The position numbers were made by a program, and so were the translations under genes. The notes under the pieces were generated by a model. The model was given only the letters and a program-made list of their open reading frames with translations. It ran no database searches and was not told the DNA's origin. A DNA stretch of 64,000 nucleotides from Holophagaceae bacterium. GTDB lineage: Bacteria; Acidobacteriota; Holophagae; Holophagales; Holophagaceae. The stretch spans positions 5,159 to 69,158 of the forward strand of contig DATEZP010000060.1 in NCBI GenBank assembly GCA_035255465.1, in the 5' to 3' direction. Within the stretch, counting starts at the first letter, position 1; every line of letters begins with the position of its first letter. Positions 1 through 8,675 of the stretch are shown one piece after another.

Positions 1-398
1 CGAAGTCGCGATCATCGGGGTGGATCAACCCGGATCGATAGAGCGCCTGCCACACGAGGCTGGCGCCACCCTGATCGTCCTCCCAGTACGGGACGGGCCG
101 GCGGAGGGCGGCATCGTCGGCGAAGCCGCCCACCAACAGGAGGTGGATGGGACCGGATTCGGGGAAGCGGGTGGGCAGGTCGATGGGGATGAAGCTGCGT
201 CGTTCGGGGTGGTTCCCCGCGGCCTCGGAGCCGCGACGGTCCGCCTCGGGCGTGGCGTTGTGGACGGTGGCGAGGCGGGAACCCTGCTCCGTGGCCTGGA
301 TGATCAGGCGGCCCAGCTCCAGGCGCTCGAGGATCTCCTCGTACGCGAATTCGGCGGTATCCCGGGAGTCGGGCTCCCTGCGGCGGCGACCTTCCATG
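1..398 (-). CDS. Hypothetical protein, 5' part only (runs off window); paralog of the N-terminal domain of the adjacent 401..1237 gene
   Basis: ATG at 398..396 on the minus strand; translation MEGRRRREPDSRDTAEFAYEEILERLELGRLIIQATEQGSR...HLLLVGGFADDAALRRPVPYWEDDQGGASLVWQAL aligns residue-by-residue with ...RDTAEYTLEEIQSRLEMGRLQVMATEGGSR...ILLLVVGGPADEVTLRAPAPFWHDDNGGALIWVAL of the upstream gene. Not in the ORF track because there is no stop in the window. Confidence 0.5.
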
Positions 399-400
399 GC

Positions 401-1237
401 TCAGCTCCTGCCGACGGCGAAGAGATCCGAAGCCCAATCGACCCAGTATTCCTCACTGGTCTGGTGGCCGACATTCACCTTGCTGAGGCGATCGCGGCTG
501 GGCTCCGGGAGGCTCAGGATGGGCACGCCCTCCATGCCGTACATGATGGCGCTCATCATGAAGCGGGCGGCCTCGCCCAGGGTGACGACCTTGAGGCGCC
601 CCATGCTCCGGGCGGTGGCCTCCAGCACCAGGGTCTGGAGGCGATTCTGGTTCCAGGCTTTGATCATGGCGTCGAAGTCCACCACCTCACCCCGGCGGGA
701 GAAGCCGGCGTAGGTCATGGCCACGCCCTGGGTACGGGGCGGATCCAGCTCCCAGAAACCCCCCTGGCCCAAGGCGAAGGCCGCGGCATCCTTGCGGTGG
801 ATGAGGCCGGCCTTGGCCAGGGCCACCCAGATCAGGGCGCCGCCGTTGTCGTCATGCCAGAAGGGGGCCGGGGCCCGGAGGGTCACCTCGTCCGCAGGCC
901 CGCCCACCACCAGCAGGAGGATGGGGCCCTGCTCGGGGAAGAGGGTCGGGATGGCCATGGGTGAGAAGCTGCGCCGCTCGCCCGCTTCGGGGGCGGAGCG
1001 ATCCTCGTGGCGGCGTTCGAGGGCCGGAGCGGCGACGTGGGTGATCTGGAGGCGGCTGCCCCCTTCGGTGGCCATCACTTGCAGGCGTCCCATCTCAAGC
1101 CGGCTCTGGATCTCCTCCAGGGTGTACTCGGCGGTATCCCGGGGGGAGGGCTCGGCCTTGCCCCGCAGCGGTGCCTCCAGGTTGGGCCTGGGCATCTGGG
1201 GTTGGGTCTTTGAGGGATCTCCCGAAGGGTGGTCCAT
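401..1237 (-). CDS. Hypothetical protein with two domains (N-terminal domain paralogous to the 1..398 gene, plus a C-terminal extension)
   Basis: Real reading frame inside track ORF 401..1465. Likely start MDHPSGDPSK (1237) or MPRPNLEAP (1195). Conserved LLVGG / W(H/E)DD(N/Q)GGA motifs are shared with the downstream paralog. Family not recognised. Confidence 0.55.
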   Translation of the reverse strand: MDHPSGDPSKTQPQMPRPNLEAPLRGKAEPSPRDTAEYTLEEIQSRLEMGRLQVMATEGGSRLQITHVAAPALERRHEDRSAPEAGERRSFSPMAIPTLFPEQGPILLLVVGGPADEVTLRAPAPFWHDDNGGALIWVALAKAGLIHRKDAAAFALGQGGFWELDPPRTQGVAMTYAGFSRRGEVVDFDAMIKAWNQNRLQTLVLEATARSMGRLKVVTLGEAARFMMSAIMYGMEGVPILSLPEPSRDRLSKVNVGHQTSEEYWVDWASDLFAVGRS

Positions 1238-1574
1238 GGCACCTCCGCCGACCCCTGCTCTATCGGGCGCCCCGCGAAAGAGTTGAACCCCAGGCCGACC
1301 CGCTGGTCGGAAAGCGGCATACGAGGCTGGAGGGAGGCTCAGGCCCCCGGTGGGGAATCGCAGGTCTCGCCCCGGCAACACTCGTCTGCATTGATTCCGC
1401 ACCTCGCGCACTGGCCGTGGCCATGGACCCAGATCAGGGGCGCGGCTTGACCACACCATGCACATCGACGGGAATCGGATTCACCCATTCCCCGATTCTA
1501 CCGATTGACCGCTGGTAAGCGTTGCGGAGAGCCGCAGACTTTTTCCACACTGCTAGAAACCCCGAGGTCGCCCC

Positions 1575-2240
1575 ATGTCCCTGACAGTCGATGCCATCTT
1601 TGACCGCATGAACGGCCTGTTCCTGGCCGACCGGGCCGCGGGTGTGAAGGCCTCGGTGGCCTACAAGGTGACAGGTGAGGGCGGTGGCACCTTCACTTGC
1701 TTGGTGGACAATGGCGCCTTCACGCTCGTGAAGGGTGAGGCCAAGGCGGATGCCCAGGCCACGGTCACCATCTCCGCCGAAGATTGGATCGCCCTCAACG
1801 AAGGCCGGCTGGATCCCATGGCCGCCTACATGAGCGGCAAGCTCAAGGCCACCGGCGATCAGAACCTGCTGATGAAGTTCCCGAAGCTGTTCAAGCGCCC
1901 CGCCAACACGGCGGGTTCGGGCATCCCCCTCGCGGAACTGGTGCCCAGCCAGCTGGCCAAGCTCACCCAGGCCTTCAAAGTGGTGGTCGGAGATCAGACC
2001 TGGGGCGCGGGCCCCGAACTGAAGGGCGACGAAGCCGCCGTGCGGGGGCTCGTGGAAGGGCGCGTGGAGCCCGGCCCGGCCCTGCTGGGCGGTCAGCTGG
2101 CCTTCGCCGGCGACATGGCCCTGTTGCGCGGAGCCTGGTCCACCTGGAGCGCCGATCCCGTGAAGCCCCGCAAGCCCAAGCGGCCCGGCATGCTCCAGCT
2201 CGTGGGCATGTGGATCAAGGGGAAGCTGGGCCTCGGCTGA
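1575..2240 (+). CDS. SCP2 sterol-binding domain protein
   Basis: MSLTVDAIFDRMNGLF...GKLKATGDQNLLMKFPKLF is a typical SCP-2 fold signature. Confidence 0.8.
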   Translation: MSLTVDAIFDRMNGLFLADRAAGVKASVAYKVTGEGGGTFTCLVDNGAFTLVKGEAKADAQATVTISAEDWIALNEGRLDPMAAYMSGKLKATGDQNLLMKFPKLFKRPANTAGSGIPLAELVPSQLAKLTQAFKVVVGDQTWGAGPELKGDEAAVRGLVEGRVEPGPALLGGQLAFAGDMALLRGAWSTWSADPVKPRKPKRPGMLQLVGMWIKGKLGLG

Positions 2241-3908
2241 TCAGCTGCAGCGGAACCGGAAAGCCAGGCCATTGCCCGCTTCGTTGAAGGCGAAGCCGGT
2301 GGTGAGCGCCTGGATCAGGCTGAGGCCGCGGCCACTGGGCCGGTTGCCCGCGCGCTGACCCTCGAGCCAGGTGCGCCAATCGAAGCCCAGGCCGCTGTCC
2401 TCCACGGACACCTCCACCTCCTGGATCCGATGGGTCACGGGGTGGTGCCACATGCGGAGCTCGATGCGGATCCGGCCCTGCTTCAGGGCGGCGAGGCGCA
2501 TGCGCTTCTCGGTCTCGTAGGCCTCGAAGCCGTTGTCCTTCAGGCTGGAATCCAGACCGAGCACGCCGTGATCCAGGGCGTTGGTGAGGGCCTCCGTGAT
2601 GAGGAGGGCCAGGGTGGCGGTGTCGCCGGAGCCCAGGTGGTTGTGGGCCACGAAGGTCATGAGGTCCGGGATGAGGTCGCCCAGGCTGTGGAGCACCGGA
2701 TGCAGTTCCGTGGTGAGACCCAAGCCGGCTTCCAGCTCCGGGGCGCCCTCGGGGCAGGTCTCCGCGGGCGTGGGGAAGGCGAGGCTGGGCTCGGGCACCT
2801 CCCAGAGGCACCACGTCACGTCATCCAGCTGCTCCGCGGAATCGCCCACTTCGCCGACGATGGCGGCCTTGATGAAGTCCCGGTGGGCCTCCAGGGAACG
2901 AGTGGCACCGGCCTTCAGAAGCTCCAGGATGGTGGCCTCCGTGTCCCACAGCTCCAGGAGGCCATCGCTGTAGAAGAGCAGGCGGTCGCCCACCTGCACC
3001 TCGACCTCCTCCACGGGCACGGGGGCCGCGCTCACGATGACGCCGGCCGGCAGGCTGCGGGAGGGGAAGTCGCGGATGGCGCCGTCCCGCTTCCGCCAGA
3101 GGTAGGCGTCGGGCATACCGGCGTTGAGGATGGAGAGCTGGCCGTTCACCGTGTCCAGGCGCACGATCCCCAGGCAGACGAAACGGCCTGTGGGCAGCAT
3201 GCGCCGCAGCTTCTGGTTCGTCTCCCGGTAGATGCTCTCCAGGGGGATGTTGCGGCCCGCCATGGTGAGGAAGGCCTCCACCACGGGAATGGTGCTGATG
3301 CCCGCCGTGAGGCCATGGCCCGTGGCATCGCAGATGAGGCCGTAGTGCACGTCCGGCAGCCCCTGTTTCCACGTGCAGGCGTCCCCGTTGATGCGGCGGG
3401 TGGGGAGCGTCTCCATGCAGAAGGACGCGGGCATGCTCTTGATGCCAGGCTCCAGCAGGCGCCCCAGCACGTGCTTGGCGATGCCCAACTCCTCATCGTC
3501 CCGGGCCTTGGCCTCGGCGAGGCCGCGGTGCAGCACCACCAGGTCGGCGATGGCGTTCACGCGGCAGCGCAGCTCATCCGGTTCGAAGGGCTTGGTGATG
3601 AATTCGATCGCCCCAGCTTCCAGGCTCTCCTGCAGCAGCCCCGCCTTGCCCCCGCCCGTGAACATCACGAGGGGCACATATGTTTGCAGTCCCTTGGCTC
3701 GGATGGTGCGGATCAGCTCCAGCCCGTTCATCACGGGCATGTCGTAATCGGTCAGGACCAGATCCGGATGCTCCCGATCGAACAGGGCCAGGGCCTCGCC
3801 CCCATCCTTGGCCTGGATGACTTCGAAGCCCTCCTGCTGGAGCACCGCTGAAGCCAGGGCCTGAAGGAGGAAATCATCCTCGGCGAGGAGGACCTTCAGC
3901 GCGGGCAT
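2241..3908 (-). CDS. Fusion protein: response-regulator receiver + PP2C/SpoIIE phosphatase + GHKL ATPase (RsbU/RsbW-like partner-switching component)
   Basis: N-terminus KVLLAEDDFLLQ...DLVLTDYDMPVMNGLEL (REC). Middle ICDATGHGLTAGISTIP...LLFYSDGLLE (PP2C). C-terminus LALLITEALTNALDHG...GRGLSLIQAL (HATPase_c, anti-sigma-kinase type). Confidence 0.85.
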   Translation of the reverse strand: MPALKVLLAEDDFLLQALASAVLQQEGFEVIQAKDGGEALALFDREHPDLVLTDYDMPVMNGLELIRTIRAKGLQTYVPLVMFTGGGKAGLLQESLEAGAIEFITKPFEPDELRCRVNAIADLVVLHRGLAEAKARDDEELGIAKHVLGRLLEPGIKSMPASFCMETLPTRRINGDACTWKQGLPDVHYGLICDATGHGLTAGISTIPVVEAFLTMAGRNIPLESIYRETNQKLRRMLPTGRFVCLGIVRLDTVNGQLSILNAGMPDAYLWRKRDGAIRDFPSRSLPAGVIVSAAPVPVEEVEVQVGDRLLFYSDGLLELWDTEATILELLKAGATRSLEAHRDFIKAAIVGEVGDSAEQLDDVTWCLWEVPEPSLAFPTPAETCPEGAPELEAGLGLTTELHPVLHSLGDLIPDLMTFVAHNHLGSGDTATLALLITEALTNALDHGVLGLDSSLKDNGFEAYETEKRMRLAALKQGRIRIELRMWHHPVTHRIQEVEVSVEDSGLGFDWRTWLEGQRAGNRPSGRGLSLIQALTTGFAFNEAGNGLAFRFRCS

Positions 3909-3923
3909 GGAGGGGGCCCGGCC

Positions 3924-4232
3924 TTAGTGTCGGATCTCGAAGAGGCGATCGAACTGCACCACCTTGAGGATCGTCTGCACGCTGGGGCTGGGGCGGCGCA
4001 GGGCCACCTTGATGCCCTTGATCTCGGCCCGCTCGCGGAGCAGCAGCAGCATGCCGAGGGAGCTGCTGTCCATGTAGGTCACGCCCCCCAAATCGATGAC
4101 GACCTGCTTGACGCCTTCCTCTTCAAGGAACGGGTACACGGTGGATTTGAAGGTCTGGTGATGCTCGAAGGTGAGGCGACCCTCCATCCGGACCGTGACG
4201 GTATCGCCTTCGCGGGAGGTCTGAAAGTTCAT
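3924..4232 (-). CDS. STAS-domain anti-sigma-factor antagonist
   Basis: MNFQTSREGDTVTVRMEGRLTFEHHQTFK...VVIDLGGVTYMDSSSLGMLLLL. AAGGAG RBS 6 nt upstream of the ATG at 4232; the track start at 4289 is too long. Confidence 0.85.
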   Translation of the reverse strand: MNFQTSREGDTVTVRMEGRLTFEHHQTFKSTVYPFLEEEGVKQVVIDLGGVTYMDSSSLGMLLLLRERAEIKGIKVALRRPSPSVQTILKVVQFDRLFEIRH

Positions 4233-4319
4233 GGGATGCTCCTTGGGCCATCTATCGGAACGGGACGGCCTGATCTTTTGGATGGGCATCCCGGCGGCCG
4301 GTGTCCCCTCCCAAGGGGG

Positions 4320-4883
4320 TCAATCCTCGGTTTTGCCGAACTTTTCGTCCGTCTCCGCAAGCTTCCAGCTGCGCCCGTCCTTGGTGAACCGGGCGTGGCG
4401 CTGCTTGGTGGAGCCCACCTTGGCGTCGGGGTAGCGGAGCTGGAAGGCGGGGAAGAGGGCCGTGGGTTCCTCCAGGCGGATTTGATAGATCACTCGGGTC
4501 TCCCCATCCCGGGCGTCGTCGCGGAGGGCCCGGTCGAAAGCGGCCTTCGCCACGGGCACCCGGAAGGCCTGTCCCGCCGCTTGGATGGTGGTGGGCGCGC
4601 CGGGCAGGAGCTTGGCCGTGAAGGTGACCCGGCCCTTCACGTCCGGAGCGGAAGCCTCGAACCAGTGGCTGGCGCTGAGGGTCTCGGCCAGGGCCTTGAG
4701 GCGCAGCCCTTCGGCGCTGCCCGTGGCGGCCCCGGCCTGTTCGGGCACCTTGAGCATCACCGTAACCGGGTAGAGCTTGCGCAGTTGGGATTCGGCCTCC
4801 GCCTTCCGCAGCTTGGGGCTGCCGCAGGCCAGGGACAGGGCCAGGATCAAGGGGACGCAGAGGGTCTTGGTCGTTGGGCGCAT
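4320..4883 (-). CDS. Lipoprotein, hypothetical
   Basis: MRPTTKTLCVPLILALSLACGSPK has a lipobox LAC. A start at 4883 avoids overlap with the MITE-like element. Confidence 0.6.
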   Translation of the reverse strand: MRPTTKTLCVPLILALSLACGSPKLRKAEAESQLRKLYPVTVMLKVPEQAGAATGSAEGLRLKALAETLSASHWFEASAPDVKGRVTFTAKLLPGAPTTIQAAGQAFRVPVAKAAFDRALRDDARDGETRVIYQIRLEEPTALFPAFQLRYPDAKVGSTKQRHARFTKDGRSWKLAETDEKFGKTED

Positions 4884-4902
4884 GGCGGAAGGATGCCACA
4901 AT

Positions 4903-5173
4903 GGGAGCGTGTCCAAGTAACCGAAGGGAACCGCGTTGAATCCAAAGGGGCTTCAGACAAGGAGGGCTGCGCAGGGCGATGCGGGTTCATCGTTCAAGCA
5001 GCCCGACGCCGGATCAAGCCCCTTTGGGTTCAACCCTTCGGGCTGGAGCGCCAGCCGTCGCGCCCCGGCGTTACCCTCACTCCGTGGTGAACCCGCACCA
5101 CCTTCGTTCGGTTGCCTTGGGGCACTCGGCTGGCGTTCCAGCGCGGTCCCTTCGGTTACTTGGACACGCTCCC
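4903..5173. mobile_element. MITE-like element, copy A (271 bp, perfect 26-bp terminal inverted repeats GGGAGCGTGTCCAAGTAACCGAAGGG, internal nested hairpin)
   Basis: Left end 4903..4928 and the reverse complement of 5148..5173 are identical. Internal inverted repeat TTGAATCCAAAGGGGCTT / AAGCCCCTTTGGGTTCAA. Second copy at 50299..50543. Confidence 0.6.
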
Positions 5174-5177
5174 AGTG

Positions 5178-6008
5178 ATGGTCGAATTCCTGGATCTGGA
5201 GTCCCGCCTGATGAAGGCCACCCGCGACGCCGTGGGCGAGGCGCACGCCTATGTCTGCTTCTCAGGGGGCATCGACAGCACCCTTGTCCTGGCCGCCTGT
5301 CTGAAGGCCGGATTGCCCACCACCGCCGTGCTCGCCGTGGGCCCCAGCCTCGCCCGTAGCGAACGGGCCGACGCCCATGCCCTGGCCGGGCACCTGGGGG
5401 TGGAAGTCATCGAACTGGAGGCCGGGGAAGCTGAGGTGGCGGGCTACCGCGCCAACCAGGGCGACCGCTGCTACTTCTGCAAATCCAGCCTCTACGGGGT
5501 GACGGAAGCCCTGGCCGCCAAACACGGCCTCTCCGGCGTTCTGCTCAATGGCACCCAGGTGGAGGACCTCGGTGACCACCGCCCCGGCCTCAAGGCTGCT
5601 CAGGAACACGCCGTGAAGAGCCCCCTCGTGGAGGCCGCCTTCCGCAAGGCCGACATCCGCACCTTGGCCCACGCCTGGGGCCTGCCCAACGCCGACAAGG
5701 AGGCTTCGCCCTGCCTGGCCAGCCGCTTCCCCGTGGGCACCGAAGTCACCCCCGAGCGGTTGAAGCAGGTTGAGACCATGGAGGAATTCCTCCGCGCCAA
5801 GGGCCTCTGGCCCGCCCGCGCCCGCTGGCACGACTCCGTGGTGCGTCTGGAATTGGCGCCTGATTCCATGGTGCTGGCCCTGCAGGAGCCCCTGCGCTCC
5901 GAGATTGAGCGTGCCGCTTGGCGCGCCGGCTTCCGTTTCGCCGCCGTGGACCTGGGCGGCATCCAGAGCGGCAGCCTCTCCAAGGCCCTGAACGAGGTGA
6001 GCGCTTGA
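5178..6008 (+). CDS. larE: LarE, PP-loop ATP-dependent sulfur transferase (pyridinium-3,5-biscarboxylic acid mononucleotide sulfurtransferase)
   Basis: VCFSGGIDSTLVLAAC PP-loop and CYFCK motif. The track start 5112 lies inside the MITE; MVEFLDLE at 5178 is more likely. Confidence 0.8.
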   Translation: MVEFLDLESRLMKATRDAVGEAHAYVCFSGGIDSTLVLAACLKAGLPTTAVLAVGPSLARSERADAHALAGHLGVEVIELEAGEAEVAGYRANQGDRCYFCKSSLYGVTEALAAKHGLSGVLLNGTQVEDLGDHRPGLKAAQEHAVKSPLVEAAFRKADIRTLAHAWGLPNADKEASPCLASRFPVGTEVTPERLKQVETMEEFLRAKGLWPARARWHDSVVRLELAPDSMVLALQEPLRSEIERAAWRAGFRFAAVDLGGIQSGSLSKALNEVSA

Positions 6009-6658
6009 CTGCGGAAGTCCGTTGGGATCATTCCCGTGAAGGCCGCACCGGCATCCCTGAGGTCATTTTCGGCCCCGGCAAGACGGTGGCCCAGGTGGTC
6101 ACCCTCTTCCAGGAGGCCGAGGGCTTCCGTTTCGCCACGCGCCTGAACGAGGACCAGATGGCGGCCCTGGAGGGCCTGGCCACCGTAGATCCCGTGTCCC
6201 GCACCGCGGTGAAGGACCCCCGGCCCCTGCGCCGCCAGCCCCCCGTGGCCGTCATCACCGCCGGCACCGGCGACATCCCCTGGGCCACGGAGGCCAAGGC
6301 CGTCCTCGAGGCCCTGGGCCACCCCGCCAAGGCCTTCTTCGACGTGGGCGTGGCGGGCCTCCACCGCATGCAGGCCATCCTCCCCGAACTGCGCGAGTGC
6401 CCCGTGGTCATCGTCTGCGCCGGCATGGAGGGCGCGCTGCCCTCCGTCCTCGCCGGCCTCATTGACGCCCCCCTCATCGCCGTCCCCACCCCCATCGGCG
6501 CCGGCATCAGCGAAGGCGGCACCGTCGCCCTCCACGGCATGCTCGCCTCCTGCAGCCCCGGCATCGCCGTCGTCAACATCGGCAACGGCTTCGGGGCGGC
6601 GTGCATGGCGATTAAGTTCATGAACCGGATCGGAAAGCTGGAACGCGAAGAGCGCTAA
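6005..6658 (+). CDS. larB: LarB, PurE-like nickel-pincer cofactor biosynthesis carboxylase/hydrolase
   Basis: AVITAGTGDIPWATEAKAVLEALGH...VVIVCAGMEGALPSVLAG. TTG start at 6005 overlaps the larE stop 6006..6008. Confidence 0.8.
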   Translation: MTAEVRWDHSREGRTGIPEVIFGPGKTVAQVVTLFQEAEGFRFATRLNEDQMAALEGLATVDPVSRTAVKDPRPLRRQPPVAVITAGTGDIPWATEAKAVLEALGHPAKAFFDVGVAGLHRMQAILPELRECPVVIVCAGMEGALPSVLAGLIDAPLIAVPTPIGAGISEGGTVALHGMLASCSPGIAVVNIGNGFGAACMAIKFMNRIGKLEREER

Positions 6659-6662
6659 GAAA

Positions 6663-6733
6663 AACGCAAAGAGCGCGAAGAAAGCAGGATTTGCTTTGGT
6701 GCTCTTCGCGCTTTTCTTCGCACTCTTCGCGTT
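6663..6733. repeat. Intergenic hairpin repeat, family A (arms built of CGC[A/G]AAG / CTTCGCG 7-mers); convergent terminator-like element
   Basis: aacgcaaagagcgcgaagaaagc ... cttttcttcgcactcttcgcgtt. Near-identical copy at 12561..12632. Lies between the convergent larB and asnB. Confidence 0.6.
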
Positions 6734-6736
6734 CCC

Positions 6737-8434
6737 CTAGTTAGGTGCTCCCTCGTGCACGTCCAGCACCGCCCGTCCGGAAGGATCGATCATCTTCTGG
6801 AAGGCGGCGTCCCACTTGAGGGCGGTCTCGGTGCTGCAGGCGACGCTGCGCTCCCAGGGGACGCAGGCCGCGCAGGTGGCGCTGGGGAAGTGCTGCTCGA
6901 AGAGCTGGCGGTAGAGGTAGGCCTCCTTGGTCTCCGGGGTCTTGAGGGGGAAACGCTCGGCGGCGTGGGCGAGCATGGCGTCGGTGACGGCCTGCTCGGC
7001 GGTGTCCTTCAGGGCCTGGATCCATGCATAGCCCACGCCGTCGCTGAACTGCTCCTTCTGGCGCCAGAGCACCTCGTCGGGCACATAGCCCCTGAAGGCT
7101 TCACGGAGGGGCCACTTCTCCAGGGGGCGGGGCCGGGGGGCGTTGCGGGGCACCTTCACCTCGGGATCCAGGGCCATGGCCACGTCCAGGAATTCGCGAT
7201 CCAGGAAGGGGACGCGAGCCTCCACGCCCCAGGCGGCGCTGGCTTTGTTGGCGCGGGCGCAATCGTAGAGGTGGAGCTTCTGGAGCTTGCGGACGGTTTC
7301 CTCGTGCAGCTCGCGGCCGTCCGGCGCCTTATGGAAGTAGAGGTAGCCCCCGAAGATCTCGTCGGCGCCTTCGCCCGACAGCACCATCTTGATGCCCATG
7401 GCCCGGATCTTCCGCATGAGCAGGTACATGGGGGTGGAGGCGCGGATGGTGGTGATGTCGAAGGTCTCCAGGTGGTGGATCACCTCGGAGAGCGCATCGA
7501 GGCCCTCCTGCACGGTGAAGTGGATCTCGTGGTGCACGCTGCCGATGTGTTCGGCCACCTTCCGGGCCGGGGCCAGGTCCGGCGCGCCCTCCAGGCCGAT
7601 GGCGAAGGAATGGAGGCGGGGCCACCAGGCGGGTTCCTGATCGCCGGATTCCACTCGGGACTGGCTGTACTTGGCGGCGATGGCCGCGATGATCGAGGAA
7701 TCCACGCCCCCGGAGATGAGCACGCCGTAGGGCACATCGCACATGAGCTGGCGGTGCACGGCGGCCTCCAGGGCCTCCCGCAGCTGGGCGGGATCGTAGG
7801 GGGCGGAGGGCACGGTCCCGGGCACGGCCCAGGTGGGGTGGTCGTAGCGCTGGAAGCCCTTGTCCGCTTCGTGGCCCAGGTAGAAGTGGCCAGGGGGGAA
7901 CTCGCGGATGCGTTCGCAGATGCCCACCAGGGCCTTCATTTCCGAGGCCACGTGGAGCACTTCCTGGCGATCCCACCCCACGTAGAGCGGCACCACGCCC
8001 ATGGGATCCCGTGCGATGAGGAAGGTCTTGCGGCGGGGATCGTGGAGTACGAACGCGAAAATGCCGTTCATGCGGTTCAGGAAGGTGGCGGGAGCCTCCT
8101 CGTCATGGAGGTAGAGGATCACCTCGCAATCGGACGCGGTCTGGAAGTCGTGGGGGCCCTGCAGGCCCCGACGCAGCTCCTGGTGGTTGTAGATCTCGCC
8201 ATTCACGGCCAGCACGGCGCCCGTGCGAGTGTCCACCAGGGGCTGGGCGCCATGCTCCACGTCCACGATGGAGAGCCGTTCGTGCACCAGGATCGCGGTG
8301 TCATCGCTGTGGATGCCGCTCCAGTCCGGGCCCCGGTGCCGGAGCCGGCGGGAGAGGGCAAGGGCCTGGGTACGCCGCTCCGTGTGGGGGGCTTGGGAGG
8401 GATCGAGGTTGAGGAGGGCGAAGATGCCGCACAT
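6737..8434 (-). CDS. asnB: Asparagine synthase (glutamine-hydrolysing)
   Basis: MCGIFALLNL N-terminal Ntn-Cys; SGGVDSS PP-loop. Confidence 0.9.
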   Translation of the reverse strand: MCGIFALLNLDPSQAPHTERRTQALALSRRLRHRGPDWSGIHSDDTAILVHERLSIVDVEHGAQPLVDTRTGAVLAVNGEIYNHQELRRGLQGPHDFQTASDCEVILYLHDEEAPATFLNRMNGIFAFVLHDPRRKTFLIARDPMGVVPLYVGWDRQEVLHVASEMKALVGICERIREFPPGHFYLGHEADKGFQRYDHPTWAVPGTVPSAPYDPAQLREALEAAVHRQLMCDVPYGVLISGGVDSSIIAAIAAKYSQSRVESGDQEPAWWPRLHSFAIGLEGAPDLAPARKVAEHIGSVHHEIHFTVQEGLDALSEVIHHLETFDITTIRASTPMYLLMRKIRAMGIKMVLSGEGADEIFGGYLYFHKAPDGRELHEETVRKLQKLHLYDCARANKASAAWGVEARVPFLDREFLDVAMALDPEVKVPRNAPRPRPLEKWPLREAFRGYVPDEVLWRQKEQFSDGVGYAWIQALKDTAEQAVTDAMLAHAAERFPLKTPETKEAYLYRQLFEQHFPSATCAACVPWERSVACSTETALKWDAAFQKMIDPSGRAVLDVHEGAPN

Positions 8435-8675
8435 GGCGTGCTCCTTGGGGAAATGGGCAGAACGAAAAACCCCCGATCGCTTGCGCGAATCGGGGGTGGT
8501 GTCGGTGCCGAGGTTTCGGGTCTAACCCACGTCCTCACCGGCCCACGCGCGATTCGCGCGAAGGAGCCGATTATTCAGATTGAAGGAGGGGACGAAGGAC
8601 ATGGGACTTCCGTAGACCGAGACTAGGGGTATCGGCACGGAATTGCCAAGGGAAAAGGGCGTTTTCCGAAGATTT

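Noticed and set aside
20-964. 314-aa plus-strand ORF rich in G/A/H/E
   Set aside because: Antisense to the two paralogous minus-strand genes. Low-complexity composition typical of the reverse strand of GC-rich coding DNA. No family resemblance.
2430-3851. 473-aa plus-strand ORF
   Set aside because: Mirror of the REC-PP2C-HATPase gene. G/A/H/L-rich, no domains.
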